Source: Candidatus Latescibacterota bacterium
GTDB lineage: Bacteria > Latescibacterota > UBA2968 > UBA8231
NCBI GenBank assembly: GCA_965221775.1
Contig: CBDCSU010000005.1
Location: forward strand, 64,001-128,000
DNA: 64,000 bases
Reading direction: 5' to 3'
Shown here: piece by piece, positions 9,042-18,566 of the stretch
How positions within the stretch are numbered: position 1 is the first letter of the stretch
Layout of the letters: every line of letters begins with the position of its first letter
The notes under the pieces: generated by a model
Told to the model about the DNA's origin: nothing
The model's input: the letters and a program-made list of their open reading frames with translations, nothing else
The model's database searches: none
Position numbers and translations under genes: made by a program

Positions 9042-10544
9042 TCATTCCGCCGCCGGCTCCCCGAACCAGAAGGAGAACAGCTCCGCCTGCCACAGGTGGA
9101 AGCGGACCTGAAGGCTGCGGCCCCGCAGCGCCGACAGATCGGAGCCGCCCTCCCACGACAGGACCTCGTCGATGCGGTCCGCCATCATCGGCCGGCAATC
9201 CCCGCGCGCGAACCCGTCGATGGGCTCGGCAGTGCCGGGGTCGAGGAGCTCCGCCTGCACGCGCCCGCGCCAGGCGTCGGCGTTGACGTGGAGCGCCGCC
9301 CCGTCGACCTCCATGGGCCTCGAGGTGACCGAGCCCCACTCGACGCCGCCCTTGAGGCCGACGAAGCCGTCGATCCGCATCCGCGCCAGGCAGACGGCCG
9401 AGGCGTCGAGGGTCCCGCGGTGGGCCTCGTCGTGGAAGCTGAGGCTGCGGTGGCGCAGGCCCGTGTAGTAGAACCACAGCTCGTCGTTGCGCCGCACGGG
9501 GCCGTTGGTCACCACCACCTGCCCCGTGTCATACGCCGACCCGTCTCCCACCGGCGACAGCTCCATGAAGGGGGCGCGGCCGGCTACCCGCTGCCATTGC
9601 CTGAGGTCGCGGCTGCAGGCCAGCTCCACCGTCTTGCGGCTGTCCACGTTCTCGTATCCCGGCGGGTGCTTGCCGATCCAGTGGTGCATGACCGGCAGCG
9701 CCAGGTAGAGCCCCTCGTAGGGGAAGAGGGGGAAGTTGTACACGTCGGTGCGCCACTCCTCGGGGCGGTTGAAGACCGGCGCCAGGTACGCGGGATCGTC
9801 GAGGAACCGGCGCACGCGCGCGAAGCCGTTCTCCTGGTCCTGCTGGTCGGCGTGGAAGATCAGCTCCGGCTCGGTCCAGGTGTCGAAGTCGCGGCTCGTG
9901 GACAGGGCGAAGGAGCGCCCGTACGGACCGTGCCGCTTGGGGGTGGCGATGAACAGGCCGCGGGCGGCGTCGTGGGTGAGGTGGGCCTCGTCGAAGCTGG
10001 GCACGGCGGCGCCCTCGAGGTCGCGCCAGTGGATGCCGTCGGCGGAGACGGAGGCCTGCAGGGAGCGGGCGTCGTTGCGCATGCCCTTGAACCGCCGCCC
10101 GGGGTCCGGGTCGGCGGCGTCGTGGATCGGCCCCTGGAGCATCCCCTTCGCCGTGGGCAGGATGTTGTTGGCGGTGCCCAGGGGGCGGCCGGCCCAGTCG
10201 CGGCCGCCGTACTCGAACAACCCCAGGTCCGGCTTCTCCCAGTTGACGCCGTCCTCGGAGAAGGCGCAGCAGGCGAAGCTCTCCCCTCCCTGCGGCGCCC
10301 AGGGCGAGCGCGGTTCCGGCGAGTCGGCATCGGGGGCCTCGGCGGCGGCCTGGTAGATCAGGTGGAAGCGCCGCGCCTTCGGGTCCCACGCCGGCGTGGT
10401 GCGGATCTGGATGGCGCAGTTGTCCCAGCGCCGGTCCGGCCGCAGCACGGCGTTGCCGTGGAACTTGCGCGGCGGGTGCAGGACGCGGGCCAGGTTGTCG
10501 ATGCGGTCGACGTCGCCGTCGTCGATGAAGAGTCTTCGGGTCAT
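9042..10544 (-). CDS. Putative five-bladed beta-propeller glycosidase-like protein (GH32/43/130-like fold)
   Basis: RLFIDD; Asp-box-like SEDGVNWEKP, SADGIHW, SRDFDTW, SRDLRQW; ELWFYYTG; RIDGFV. ATG overlaps the stop of the upstream gene (ATGA). Confidence 0.6.
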   Translation of the reverse strand: MTRRLFIDDGDVDRIDNLARVLHPPRKFHGNAVLRPDRRWDNCAIQIRTTPAWDPKARRFHLIYQAAAEAPDADSPEPRSPWAPQGGESFACCAFSEDGVNWEKPDLGLFEYGGRDWAGRPLGTANNILPTAKGMLQGPIHDAADPDPGRRFKGMRNDARSLQASVSADGIHWRDLEGAAVPSFDEAHLTHDAARGLFIATPKRHGPYGRSFALSTSRDFDTWTEPELIFHADQQDQENGFARVRRFLDDPAYLAPVFNRPEEWRTDVYNFPLFPYEGLYLALPVMHHWIGKHPPGYENVDSRKTVELACSRDLRQWQRVAGRAPFMELSPVGDGSAYDTGQVVVTNGPVRRNDELWFYYTGLRHRSLSFHDEAHRGTLDASAVCLARMRIDGFVGLKGGVEWGSVTSRPMEVDGAALHVNADAWRGRVQAELLDPGTAEPIDGFARGDCRPMMADRIDEVLSWEGGSDLSALRGRSLQVRFHLWQAELFSFWFGEPAAE

Positions 10545-11161
10545 GGGTCCCGTGCCTCCGTTACGCCGATCATGCTGTCGCGGGTAACCAGCGCCGCCAG
10601 CGCCTCCTCGGACAGGCCCTCGGCGCCGGGCGGGCGTCGCGGCAGCACGAGGTAGCGCAGGTCGGCGGTGCTGTCGATGACGCGCACCTGCACGCTCTCG
10701 CCGAGGTCGAGTCCGAACTCGCGCATCACGGCGCGCGGCTCGGCGACGGCCCGCCGTCTGTAGGGAGCGCTCTTGTACCAGTCGGGGGGCGGCCCCAGCA
10801 GGGCGGTGGGGTAGCAGGAGCACAGGGTGCAGACCACGAGGTGATGGACGCTCTCCGTGTTCTCCACCACGGCCAGCTCGGCGTCGCGGGTGAGGCTCAG
10901 GCCCAGCTCGCCCACGGCGGACCGGGCGTCGGTGAGCAGGCGCGACTTGAACTCCGGATCGACCCAGGCCCGGGCCACGACCCGGGATCCGTCCGAGAGG
11001 GAGCGGGACTGGATGCGGCGGGCCTGCTCCTCCACCTCTCCAGCCGCGATCACCTCCTTGTCGACGAGCAACTCGTGGATGGCCAGGGCGCGCCGGGCCC
11101 TGGGGCCCAGATCCTCGTCGGGCCGGACTCCCTTGTGCGGCTCGTGATGGCCGGGGCTCAT
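10541..11161 (-). CDS. Cobalt-type nitrile hydratase alpha / thiocyanate hydrolase gamma subunit
   Basis: VVARAWVDPEFK, VVENT, VVCTLCSCYP (Co-type CTLCSC), PPDWYKS, DSTADLRYLVLPRRP, LVTRDSMIG. Confidence 0.92.
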   Translation of the reverse strand: MSPGHHEPHKGVRPDEDLGPRARRALAIHELLVDKEVIAAGEVEEQARRIQSRSLSDGSRVVARAWVDPEFKSRLLTDARSAVGELGLSLTRDAELAVVENTESVHHLVVCTLCSCYPTALLGPPPDWYKSAPYRRRAVAEPRAVMREFGLDLGESVQVRVIDSTADLRYLVLPRRPPGAEGLSEEALAALVTRDSMIGVTEARDP

Positions 11162-11517
11162 GTCGCCTCCTCCTTGCTGTCGATGATCCGTGGCGGGCGC
11201 TCGTATCCGGCGGCCGCCTCCAGCCACTGCTCGTACAGGTCCATGAGCAGCAGGTCTGCCCGCCCCTCCCGGCAGCGCTCCGCCCAGACCTCCGCCTGGC
11301 GGAACTCCACCTGGTACAACAACCGCCGGGGCTCGCCGGTGCCGCCGTGGGCCCGGCTCTCCGGGTCGAGGAAGGGGCCGCTCACGGCGCGGACCCGGCC
11401 GCGCTTCCCCTTGATGAAGGCGGGCGTGCGGTGGTGGTGGTCCACCGTTTCGGTCCGCACGACGACGCAGTCGCCGGCGCGGAAGCGGCCCGGGCGGGCG
11501 CAGAAGACTACCCCCAT
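11158..11517 (-). CDS. Nitrile hydratase beta C-terminal SH3-like subunit (ScnA-like)
   Basis: RFRAGDCVVV, HHRTPAFIKGKRGRV, LYQVEF, DLYEQWLE. Confidence 0.85.
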   Translation of the reverse strand: MGVVFCARPGRFRAGDCVVVRTETVDHHHRTPAFIKGKRGRVRAVSGPFLDPESRAHGGTGEPRRLLYQVEFRQAEVWAERCREGRADLLLMDLYEQWLEAAAGYERPPRIIDSKEEAT

Positions 11518-11810
11518 CGCGCCTTCACCTCGGCGGCGCGGGCGTCGATCTCGGCGGGGGTGAGGACGCCCTTCTCCACCAGCAGGGTCTCGAGGGAGGC
11601 CGCCCAGCGCTCGTAATAGCCGCAGGCCTCGTACTCCTCCGGGGCCATGGCCTCGATGCCGCGGCGCAGCTCGTCGACGTTGATCACGCCGCGATGGCGC
11701 AGCACCCCCACCAGGGCGTTGGTCAGGCGCTCCCAGTCGGCCAGCTCGTGGTCGGACCGGTCGATGCGCTCCTCGCTCGGTTGTCCGCCCATGTCGTGAA
11801 CCCCTGCCAT
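11508..11810 (-). CDS. Nitrile hydratase beta N-terminal subunit (ScnB-like)
   Basis: MAGVHDMGG, DWERLT, DELRRGIE, YYERW, LVEKGVLT. Confidence 0.85.
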   Translation of the reverse strand: MAGVHDMGGQPSEERIDRSDHELADWERLTNALVGVLRHRGVINVDELRRGIEAMAPEEYEACGYYERWAASLETLLVEKGVLTPAEIDARAAEVKARWG

Positions 11811-11974
11811 GGAGTGCGAATAAATGGGCGCCCCCAGTCGGGTCAACCGGCTTCGGTCAAGGACGGACTCGTCCCGGGCGCGGCGCGGCGAGCGGTTTGA
11901 GCAGGAACGGCAGGTCCCCTTTCTTCGGGCGCGCCTCCAAGACGGCTCGAGATCCGCAAACGAAGGAGCATGCC

Positions 11975-12763
11975 ATGCCCGATCCACACTCGCTGAAGGG
12001 GAAGAAGGCCCTCGTCACCGGCGGCAAGCGCCGCATCGGCCGGGGGATCGTCCTGGCCCTGGCCGAGGCCGGCTGCGACGTGGGCGTCAACGACCTGGAG
12101 CTGGACGCCGACGGCGAGGAGACCCTGCGCCTCGCCCGCGCCCGCGGCCGCCAGGCCGAGTTCTTCGCCGCCGACATCTCCGACAGTGCCCAGGTGGAGG
12201 CGATGTTCACCGCCTTCCTGGACCGCTTCGGCCGCATCGACATCCTGGCGAACAACCCCTTCGGCGGCACCGGCCAGCCCTTCCTGGAGCTCACCGAGGA
12301 GAACTGGGACGCCAACCTCGACATCGGCCTGAAGGGGTTCTACCTGTGCAGCCAGCAGGCGGCGAGGGCGATGGTGAAGCAGGGGGACGGGGGGTGCATC
12401 GTGAGCACCTCCTCCGTGCACGCGCAGCGCGCCTGGAAGGCGGACACCGCCTACGGCACGGCGAAGGCGGGCATCCTGCGCCTCACCCAGAGCATGGCCG
12501 TCGACCTCGGCGAGCACGGCATCCGCTGCAACGCCATCATGCCCGGGTACATGGACACGGACCACGTCATCGGCACGCCGCCGCCGGAGCGCGGCAGCAT
12601 CCGCGAGGAACTGTTCGACGGCGTGCCCCTGCGCCGGCCCGGCACGCCGGAGGACATCGGCCGCGCCGCGGCCTTCCTGTGCTCGCCGGCGGCGGGCTGC
12701 ATCACGGGGGTCTCCCTCCAGGTCGACGGCGGGCTGCTGGCGGCCTCGCCGGGGGTGCCGTGA
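11975..12763 (+). CDS. SDR family NAD(P)-dependent oxidoreductase
   Basis: AAGGAG RBS; ALVTGGKRRIG; YGTAK (YxxxK); IRCNAIMPG; ITGVSLQVDGG. Confidence 0.9.
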   Translation: MPDPHSLKGKKALVTGGKRRIGRGIVLALAEAGCDVGVNDLELDADGEETLRLARARGRQAEFFAADISDSAQVEAMFTAFLDRFGRIDILANNPFGGTGQPFLELTEENWDANLDIGLKGFYLCSQQAARAMVKQGDGGCIVSTSSVHAQRAWKADTAYGTAKAGILRLTQSMAVDLGEHGIRCNAIMPGYMDTDHVIGTPPPERGSIREELFDGVPLRRPGTPEDIGRAAAFLCSPAAGCITGVSLQVDGGLLAASPGVP

Positions 12764-13863
12764 TGGCAGAGAAGTACCGAGTCGGCATCATCGGCTGCGG
12801 CAGCATCGCCCACTACCACGTGCGCGGCTGGGACGGGGTGGACCGGGTCGAAGTGGTGGCCCTGGCCGACCCGGTGGCGGAGGCGCGGGAGGAGTTCGGC
12901 GAGCGCCACGGGATCGCCCAGCGCTACGAGGACTTCCGCCGAATGCTCGACGACGAGGCCCTCGACATCGTCTCGGTCTGCACCTGGCACAAGCTGCACG
13001 CGCCGATGACGATTGCCGCCTGCGCGCGCAAGCCCAAGGCGGTGCTGTGCGAAAAGCCCATGGCGACCAGTCTGGGCGAGTGCGACGACATGCTGATCGC
13101 CGCCCGCCGCAACCGCGTCAAGCTGGCCATCGCCCATCAGCGCCGCTTCAATCCGGCGTGGACCCTGGCCAGGGAGTTGGTGGCGGAAGGGGCCATCGGC
13201 GAGGTGCGGCAGGTCAACGCGCGCGGTGGACAGGGCCTCCTCAACGACTGCTCGCACCTGTTGGACATGATGCGCTACGTGATGGGCGATCCCCGGGCGG
13301 TGTGGGTCATGGGCAACATCGAGCGCAAGACCGAGCGCTTCGAGCGCGGCGTCCCCATCGAGGATCGCAGTCTGTGCGTGGTGCAGTTCGACAACGGGGC
13401 CATCGGCCAGATCCTGCAGGAGCTGGCCGGTCCGAACTACCAGGGCGGCGTCTTCTACGGCTCGGAGGGCATCATCGAGCTCGACGAGAGCAAGGTGCGG
13501 CTCCTCAACAGCCGGACGGGCACCTGGGAGGAGCATCCGGGCGAGGGCGAGGACCCCAGCGTCGGGCAGCAGCGCGAGATCGTGGAGTGGATCGAAGACA
13601 AGGTCGAGCACCGCGGCCAGGCGGAGAACGGCCGCGCGGCGGTGGAGATCATCATGGCCACGTACGAGTCGGCGCGCCTGCACGAGGTGACGGCGCTCCC
13701 GTTGCGGACGATGGCCTCGCCCCTGGAGGTGATGATCGAGGCGGGGGATCTGCCGGTGGAGCGGCCGGGCCGCTACGACATCCGCGCCTTCCTGCTGCGC
13801 GGCGAGGAGATGGAGCCCGAGGGACCGAGCGGCGGTTCAGAAGGCCAAGGTGGCGGCGGCTGA
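12763..13863 (+). CDS. Gfo/Idh/MocA family oxidoreductase
   Basis: TGATG overlap with the SDR; GIIGCGSIA, LCEKPMA, HQRRF, DCSHLLD. Confidence 0.9.
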   Translation: MAEKYRVGIIGCGSIAHYHVRGWDGVDRVEVVALADPVAEAREEFGERHGIAQRYEDFRRMLDDEALDIVSVCTWHKLHAPMTIAACARKPKAVLCEKPMATSLGECDDMLIAARRNRVKLAIAHQRRFNPAWTLARELVAEGAIGEVRQVNARGGQGLLNDCSHLLDMMRYVMGDPRAVWVMGNIERKTERFERGVPIEDRSLCVVQFDNGAIGQILQELAGPNYQGGVFYGSEGIIELDESKVRLLNSRTGTWEEHPGEGEDPSVGQQREIVEWIEDKVEHRGQAENGRAAVEIIMATYESARLHEVTALPLRTMASPLEVMIEAGDLPVERPGRYDIRAFLLRGEEMEPEGPSGGSEGQGGGG

Positions 13864-13883
13864 GAACCCCCTTCTCGGTACGA

Positions 13884-15050
13884 CTACGCCGCCGGTTCCA
13901 GGCGAACGTCGCCCGTGTGATACGCGCGCAACGTGCGCTCGCCATCCGGTTCTCGGCAGAAGACGATAGACTGTCGCCGTGACTCGTCCGTGACGGCCTC
14001 AGATGCTTCAATCCACCGCTTGATGCGCGCCTGGACCGAGTTGAAGTCCCTGCGAATGGCCCGGACGTTCCACACGGTCGTGGCCAGTTCTCCACCAAGA
14101 GGGCGACGCAAGCCACGCGGAAGGTGGGTCCACAGTGACTTGCCCAAGGCTCCCTTGAGCTTCCTGTGGTAGGCCCCAACGTGGTCGTTGTCGAGAACCT
14201 GCCGGAAGTCCTCGCCGTAGCGTTCGATCTTCTGCCGGAGCCGTGACTGGCGGGACTCAACAACATCAGGATCGTCTTGGAGCGCAAGGTACAACTGGAG
14301 CACGTCGATCTGAATGTCGTAGACACTTGCCAAGAAGAACCGATTGAGATCCGACAGCGCCTCCTTGGCTTGCTCCTCGGAAAGCACCTCACCAGTCACC
14401 ATGAGTCCGTACTTGGAACGCAGAAGGCTCACATCGCGGTCGACCCCTGACAGCTTGGCCGGCACGTCGCTGGCGAATCGCCGGCAGCGTTCGAATTCGG
14501 ATCGGATCTCGTCGATTTGTTCCGCCGCGGTCTCGAACCGGGCGTAATCTTCAGCGTCCAGGAGGCGGCGTACGCGTTCCACCACTTCGAAGAGTCGGCC
14601 GAGAGTCCTCTGCGCCCGGTCGAGGCGTGCGCACATCATCACGGACGAAACGGTCGTGAAGAGCATCAATGGAGCCACGACCGGTATAAGGGCACTGCTA
14701 GCGGCAACGAACGGCGCTTGTGCGACGATCCCCGTCGGGCCCATGACGGCTGAACCGACCCCTGTACCGATGGTCATCAACGTCCCAGGATTGGCCGTCG
14801 CCAGGAACACGTTACCGGCGAGCAGGGACGATGTAGCCGTGCTCCCGGCGCCGAGCATCGGTAGCAGCCAAGCGCTCTCGATGACTCCGCCGGTCTCGAA
14901 CGGGCGATCCGTAGGCCAGGATGCTCTCAATGACTCACTGGCCTCCTGACCCAGGTCGACCAAGGCAATCGACTGTCCCTCGTGCGTCAGGATCTGTCCC
15001 ACTGGATCGCACGCCTTCCGCCAAGTCTCCAGTGTTCTGCGGCTCTGCAT
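13884..15050 (-). CDS. Hypothetical protein (lower GC; hydrophobic Gly/Ala-rich segment followed by coiled-coil helices)
   Basis: ORF of about 390 aa with GGAG RBS before ATG 15050; codon usage visibly more AT-rich than the flanks. Confidence 0.65.
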   Translation of the reverse strand: MQSRRTLETWRKACDPVGQILTHEGQSIALVDLGQEASESLRASWPTDRPFETGGVIESAWLLPMLGAGSTATSSLLAGNVFLATANPGTLMTIGTGVGSAVMGPTGIVAQAPFVAASSALIPVVAPLMLFTTVSSVMMCARLDRAQRTLGRLFEVVERVRRLLDAEDYARFETAAEQIDEIRSEFERCRRFASDVPAKLSGVDRDVSLLRSKYGLMVTGEVLSEEQAKEALSDLNRFFLASVYDIQIDVLQLYLALQDDPDVVESRQSRLRQKIERYGEDFRQVLDNDHVGAYHRKLKGALGKSLWTHLPRGLRRPLGGELATTVWNVRAIRRDFNSVQARIKRWIEASEAVTDESRRQSIVFCREPDGERTLRAYHTGDVRLEPAA

Positions 15051-15319
15051 GGTCGTAGTCTCCACGCGTAAACCTCGCGCGGTCGAACCAACCGGGCAAG
15101 GGGTTCAGCCGCAGGGGTGGGCATGGTCGCCACCTACCGGCTATCAGGCTTCGGGGCTGATCCTGTCCAGTGACCCTTCCGGCCCATTCGGCCGAATGTG
15201 GCGTTTGGGGAGTGGCCGTATTCTGCTCAGAGCCTGGGTGGAGTACGGGGTACCGCCGCGCGCTCCGGCGGGGTGGGAGAGACAGAGTAGCGGGTGGGCA
15301 CCCGCTCGGAACGTGGGGG

Positions 15320-16075
15320 TCAGGGCCCGTGGGCACGGTTTCGCGGCGACCGGGACCGGATCATGCAACCCGATGCTGGGCATCGACGAGCAAGCCCTCG
15401 TGGACGAGGGCACAGTCGACCGTGTCGGTGTCCCACATGTCCTTCCAGGGTGGCGGTGTGGAGACCGCCGTCGACCGACCACAGCCTGGCCGTGCCGTCG
15501 GCGCTGCCGCTGGCCAGCGTCCTCCCGTCCGGCGAGAAGGCCACGGAGACCACATCCCACCGGTGGCCCGCGAGGGTGGCTTCGTGGCGGGCGGTCGCCA
15601 CGTCCCACAGCCGGATGCGCTTGTCCTCGCCCCCGGTGGTGGCCAGGGTGGCCCCGTCCGCCGAGAAAGCCATGGCGAGGACCTTGCCCCTGTGCCTCTC
15701 GGGAGTGTCCTTGTAGCTGCCGCTCGCCACGTCCCACAACCGCACCCGACCGTCGCTGCCGCCGCCCGCCAGGATGGAGCCGTCCGGGGAGAACGCCAGG
15801 CTCCTGCGGATACCGTCCGCGGCACCTCCCAGCCGGGCGATTTCCTCGCCCGTGTGCCCGTCCCGGAGCCAGAGGCCGTACTGGCTGGTCACGGCCAGCC
15901 GTGTGCCGTCGGCCGAGAGGGCCGCCTTGCCCCATACCTCTCCCCTGCCAAGGCGGGCGATGCTGCCTTCGGGCAGCGGCACCATTTCGCCGCCGGCGAT
16001 TCCGTCCCGCGCCAGCAGGAGACAGAGGCCGACGAGGGCAACGGTGAACGGCGGATCTGGCGTTGGTCGACGCAT
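15320..16075 (-). pseudogene. Secreted WD40-repeat protein, apparently truncated
   Basis: Signal-like N-terminus, LPEGSIARLGRG, then AFSPDG...VRLWDV repeats; only about 4 blades before the sequence degenerates after LEGHVGH. Confidence 0.65.
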
Positions 16076-16120
16076 GGGCTGGCCACCCTCCCGGGAGTTG
16101 GTCCGGCCTTCCCCGGCGGG

Positions 16121-17029
16121 TCAGAACCGCAGCGCGGAGGCCGCCGAGAATCCCCTTCCGGGAGTTGGCGACAGACCGAAGGTCAGGCGGCGGTCTTCAG
16201 GAGAGTTGCGGAACCGCTCGGAAGCAAGCGTGGCGAATACCGCCGGAGTCCCGAATAGCGCCGCCGAGTACAGCTCCCAGTAATCCCCTGGATCCCCGTC
16301 GCTCAGCGTGAAATAGCCAACCAGCGCACCACAGATCCCGACCAGCCCCGCAACACTGCCACCCAGGGCAGGCACATACCGGGCCCTTGGGTCCGACGTG
16401 CTCACGCCGGCCGCGGTCCCGAGGGCAAGCCCCGCCAGCCCGAACAGGACGGCAGACTCCGGTACACAGAGTGGCTCCTCACTCCCGGAGCACTGGCCGG
16501 CCCCGAGAATGCCACCCATTGAAAACCCTGCGTACGCCCCGAAGACTCCTCCCAAGACACCCACACCCAGCTTCCGGAAGATTCGTGCGCCCTCGTCCTC
16601 CCTTCTTGCCACCTCGAAGCGGAGGTGTCCCGGCGGGGGTCTGCCCTTCCCGGCCCACGGATTGTTGATCGCCGAATGCCCGGAAGGCGCCCCCTTCATG
16701 ACCACCCTCTGAATTCGGTCCAGGGAGATCCGCTCCTGCCGCAGATCCCCTTCCCGCGCCAGAACCAGCTTCGACCCATCGACAGCCTGCACGTAGCCCG
16801 CCAACGTGTCCACCCGCGCCCACTTCCCCGAGACCGGATGCCGCTCCCCCCGCCCATGGACCACCACCACCCGGGCGCCCGCCGCCACCGTGCGGCTGTC
16901 GATCTCTCCCGCTTCCAGCACCACCTCCGCTTCTGGCGCTCCGACCTCTGCGTACGCGGACGCAGCGCACCCGGGACTCACCACCGAGAGCACGAGGATC
17001 AGCCCTCGAACGATCCGGGTCCTACCCAC
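16121..17029 (-). CDS. Hypothetical exported protein: shared N-terminal domain, glycine-zipper helices, terminal Phe
   Basis: GTG start overlapping the MATE stop; signal peptide; GVGVLGGVFGAYAG; ends SAASALRF; N-domain homologous to 61740..62921. Confidence 0.7.
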   Translation of the reverse strand: MGRTRIVRGLILVLSVVSPGCAASAYAEVGAPEAEVVLEAGEIDSRTVAAGARVVVVHGRGERHPVSGKWARVDTLAGYVQAVDGSKLVLAREGDLRQERISLDRIQRVVMKGAPSGHSAINNPWAGKGRPPPGHLRFEVARREDEGARIFRKLGVGVLGGVFGAYAGFSMGGILGAGQCSGSEEPLCVPESAVLFGLAGLALGTAAGVSTSDPRARYVPALGGSVAGLVGICGALVGYFTLSDGDPGDYWELYSAALFGTPAVFATLASERFRNSPEDRRLTFGLSPTPGRGFSAASALRF

Positions 17030-18389
17030 TCTCCCTCCTCTCCTCCGCCCGCAGTCGCCGGTGCATCCACGCCAGCGCCACGAAGGAGGTGACCAGCCCC
17101 GAGGCGGCGAAGGAGAGCCACACCGTCTCCAGTCCGAGGTGGAAGACCCGCGTCAGGGTCCACGCCAGGGGGACGGAGATCAGCAGCACGCGTAGCGAGG
17201 TCAGGACCAGTCCCGGCAGGCCGCTGCCGAGCCCGCGGAAGACGCTGCCGGAGACGATGCCCACGGCGATGAAGGGGAAAGCCCAGGTGAGGACGCGGAT
17301 GTAGCCGACGGCGACGTCGACGATCGCCGGCTCGGTGGTGAACAGGGCGGCCAGGCGCGGCGCGAAGATCCAGAACAGGACGCCGATGGCCACGGCGAAG
17401 GCGACGCTGCGGGTGAGGGCGTAGCGGACGGTGGAGCGGATCAGGTCGACGCGGCCAGCGCCGAGGAACATGCCCACGACGGTGACCATGCTCGTGGCCA
17501 GGGCGATGACGGGGAGGAAGAACACGGCGTCGAGGCGGCCGCCCACGCCGAGACCGGCCACCGCGTCGGAGCCGAAGGCGGAGACGATGCGGTTGTAGAA
17601 CATGCCGCCCGCGGCCATGAGCACCATCGACGCCGACGACGGCAGGCCGACGCGCAGCAGGCCGGAGGCGGTGGCCGCCGAGGGCCGGAACCGGCGGAAG
17701 CGGAACTCCACGTAGCTGCCGCGGCGCACGAAGAGGTGGACGAGGAAGGCGCAGCAGACCAGGGCCTGGCTGACCACGGTGGCCACGGCGGCGCCCCGGA
17801 TCCCCATGCCGGCGGCGAAGATGAAGACCGGGTCGAGGCCGATGTTGAGCAGGGTGCCGGAGCCCTGCAGGGCCACGGGGGTGCGCGTGTCCCCCTCGCC
17901 GGCGAGGATGGCGTGGAAGGTCCCGTTGAGCAGGACGAGGACGAAGCCGGGCGCCAGGATCCCGAAGTAGCGGGTGGCCAGGCCCAGGGGCTCGCCCCGG
18001 GCGCCGAGGGCGCCGAACAGGTCGACCTGGAAAGCGACCGCCGCCGCGGCCGCGACGAGACCGGTCGCCAGGGCCAGGAGGACGGCGTGCTCGGCGGCGT
18101 GACCGGCGCCCGCGCGGTCGCCGGCCCCGAGGTGGCGCGCCACGGCGCTCGTCGCCCCCGCGCCGAGACCGAAGGCGATGCCGGTGGCGAGAAAGACCAG
18201 GGGCATGCTGAAGGTCAGGGCCGCCACCGAGGCGCCCCCGAGGCGGCCGACGAAGGCCATGTCGGTGAGGTTGTACAGGGTCTGCACGCCGATCCCGGCC
18301 AGGATCGGCAGGGCCAGCCGCCACACCGCCCGGCGCGGGTCGGCCAGGACCTCGGCGACCCGGTCGCCTCCGGCCTGCCGCTGGGTCAC
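17022..18389 (-). CDS. MATE family efflux transporter
   Basis: RLALPI, QTLYNLTDMAFVGRLG, GEGDTRTP, LNIGLDPVFI, MGIRGAAVATVVSQ. Confidence 0.92.
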   Translation of the reverse strand: MTQRQAGGDRVAEVLADPRRAVWRLALPILAGIGVQTLYNLTDMAFVGRLGGASVAALTFSMPLVFLATGIAFGLGAGATSAVARHLGAGDRAGAGHAAEHAVLLALATGLVAAAAAVAFQVDLFGALGARGEPLGLATRYFGILAPGFVLVLLNGTFHAILAGEGDTRTPVALQGSGTLLNIGLDPVFIFAAGMGIRGAAVATVVSQALVCCAFLVHLFVRRGSYVEFRFRRFRPSAATASGLLRVGLPSSASMVLMAAGGMFYNRIVSAFGSDAVAGLGVGGRLDAVFFLPVIALATSMVTVVGMFLGAGRVDLIRSTVRYALTRSVAFAVAIGVLFWIFAPRLAALFTTEPAIVDVAVGYIRVLTWAFPFIAVGIVSGSVFRGLGSGLPGLVLTSLRVLLISVPLAWTLTRVFHLGLETVWLSFAASGLVTSFVALAWMHRRLRAEERRESG

Positions 18390-18566
18390 GTCTTGGTCCG
18401 GGCGAGGCCGCCCGTCAGTGGACCGGCGGGACCGCCGCCCTCCCGGCTCGTCACGGTGCTTGCGGCCGCGGTCGAGCGTCCGCAGCCCCCTCGGCCGGTC
18501 ACGGTACCTGCGGCCGGGGGTGAGCGGCCGCCGCCAGGCCGGCGGGACCTTCCCTCTCCGCGCCGG

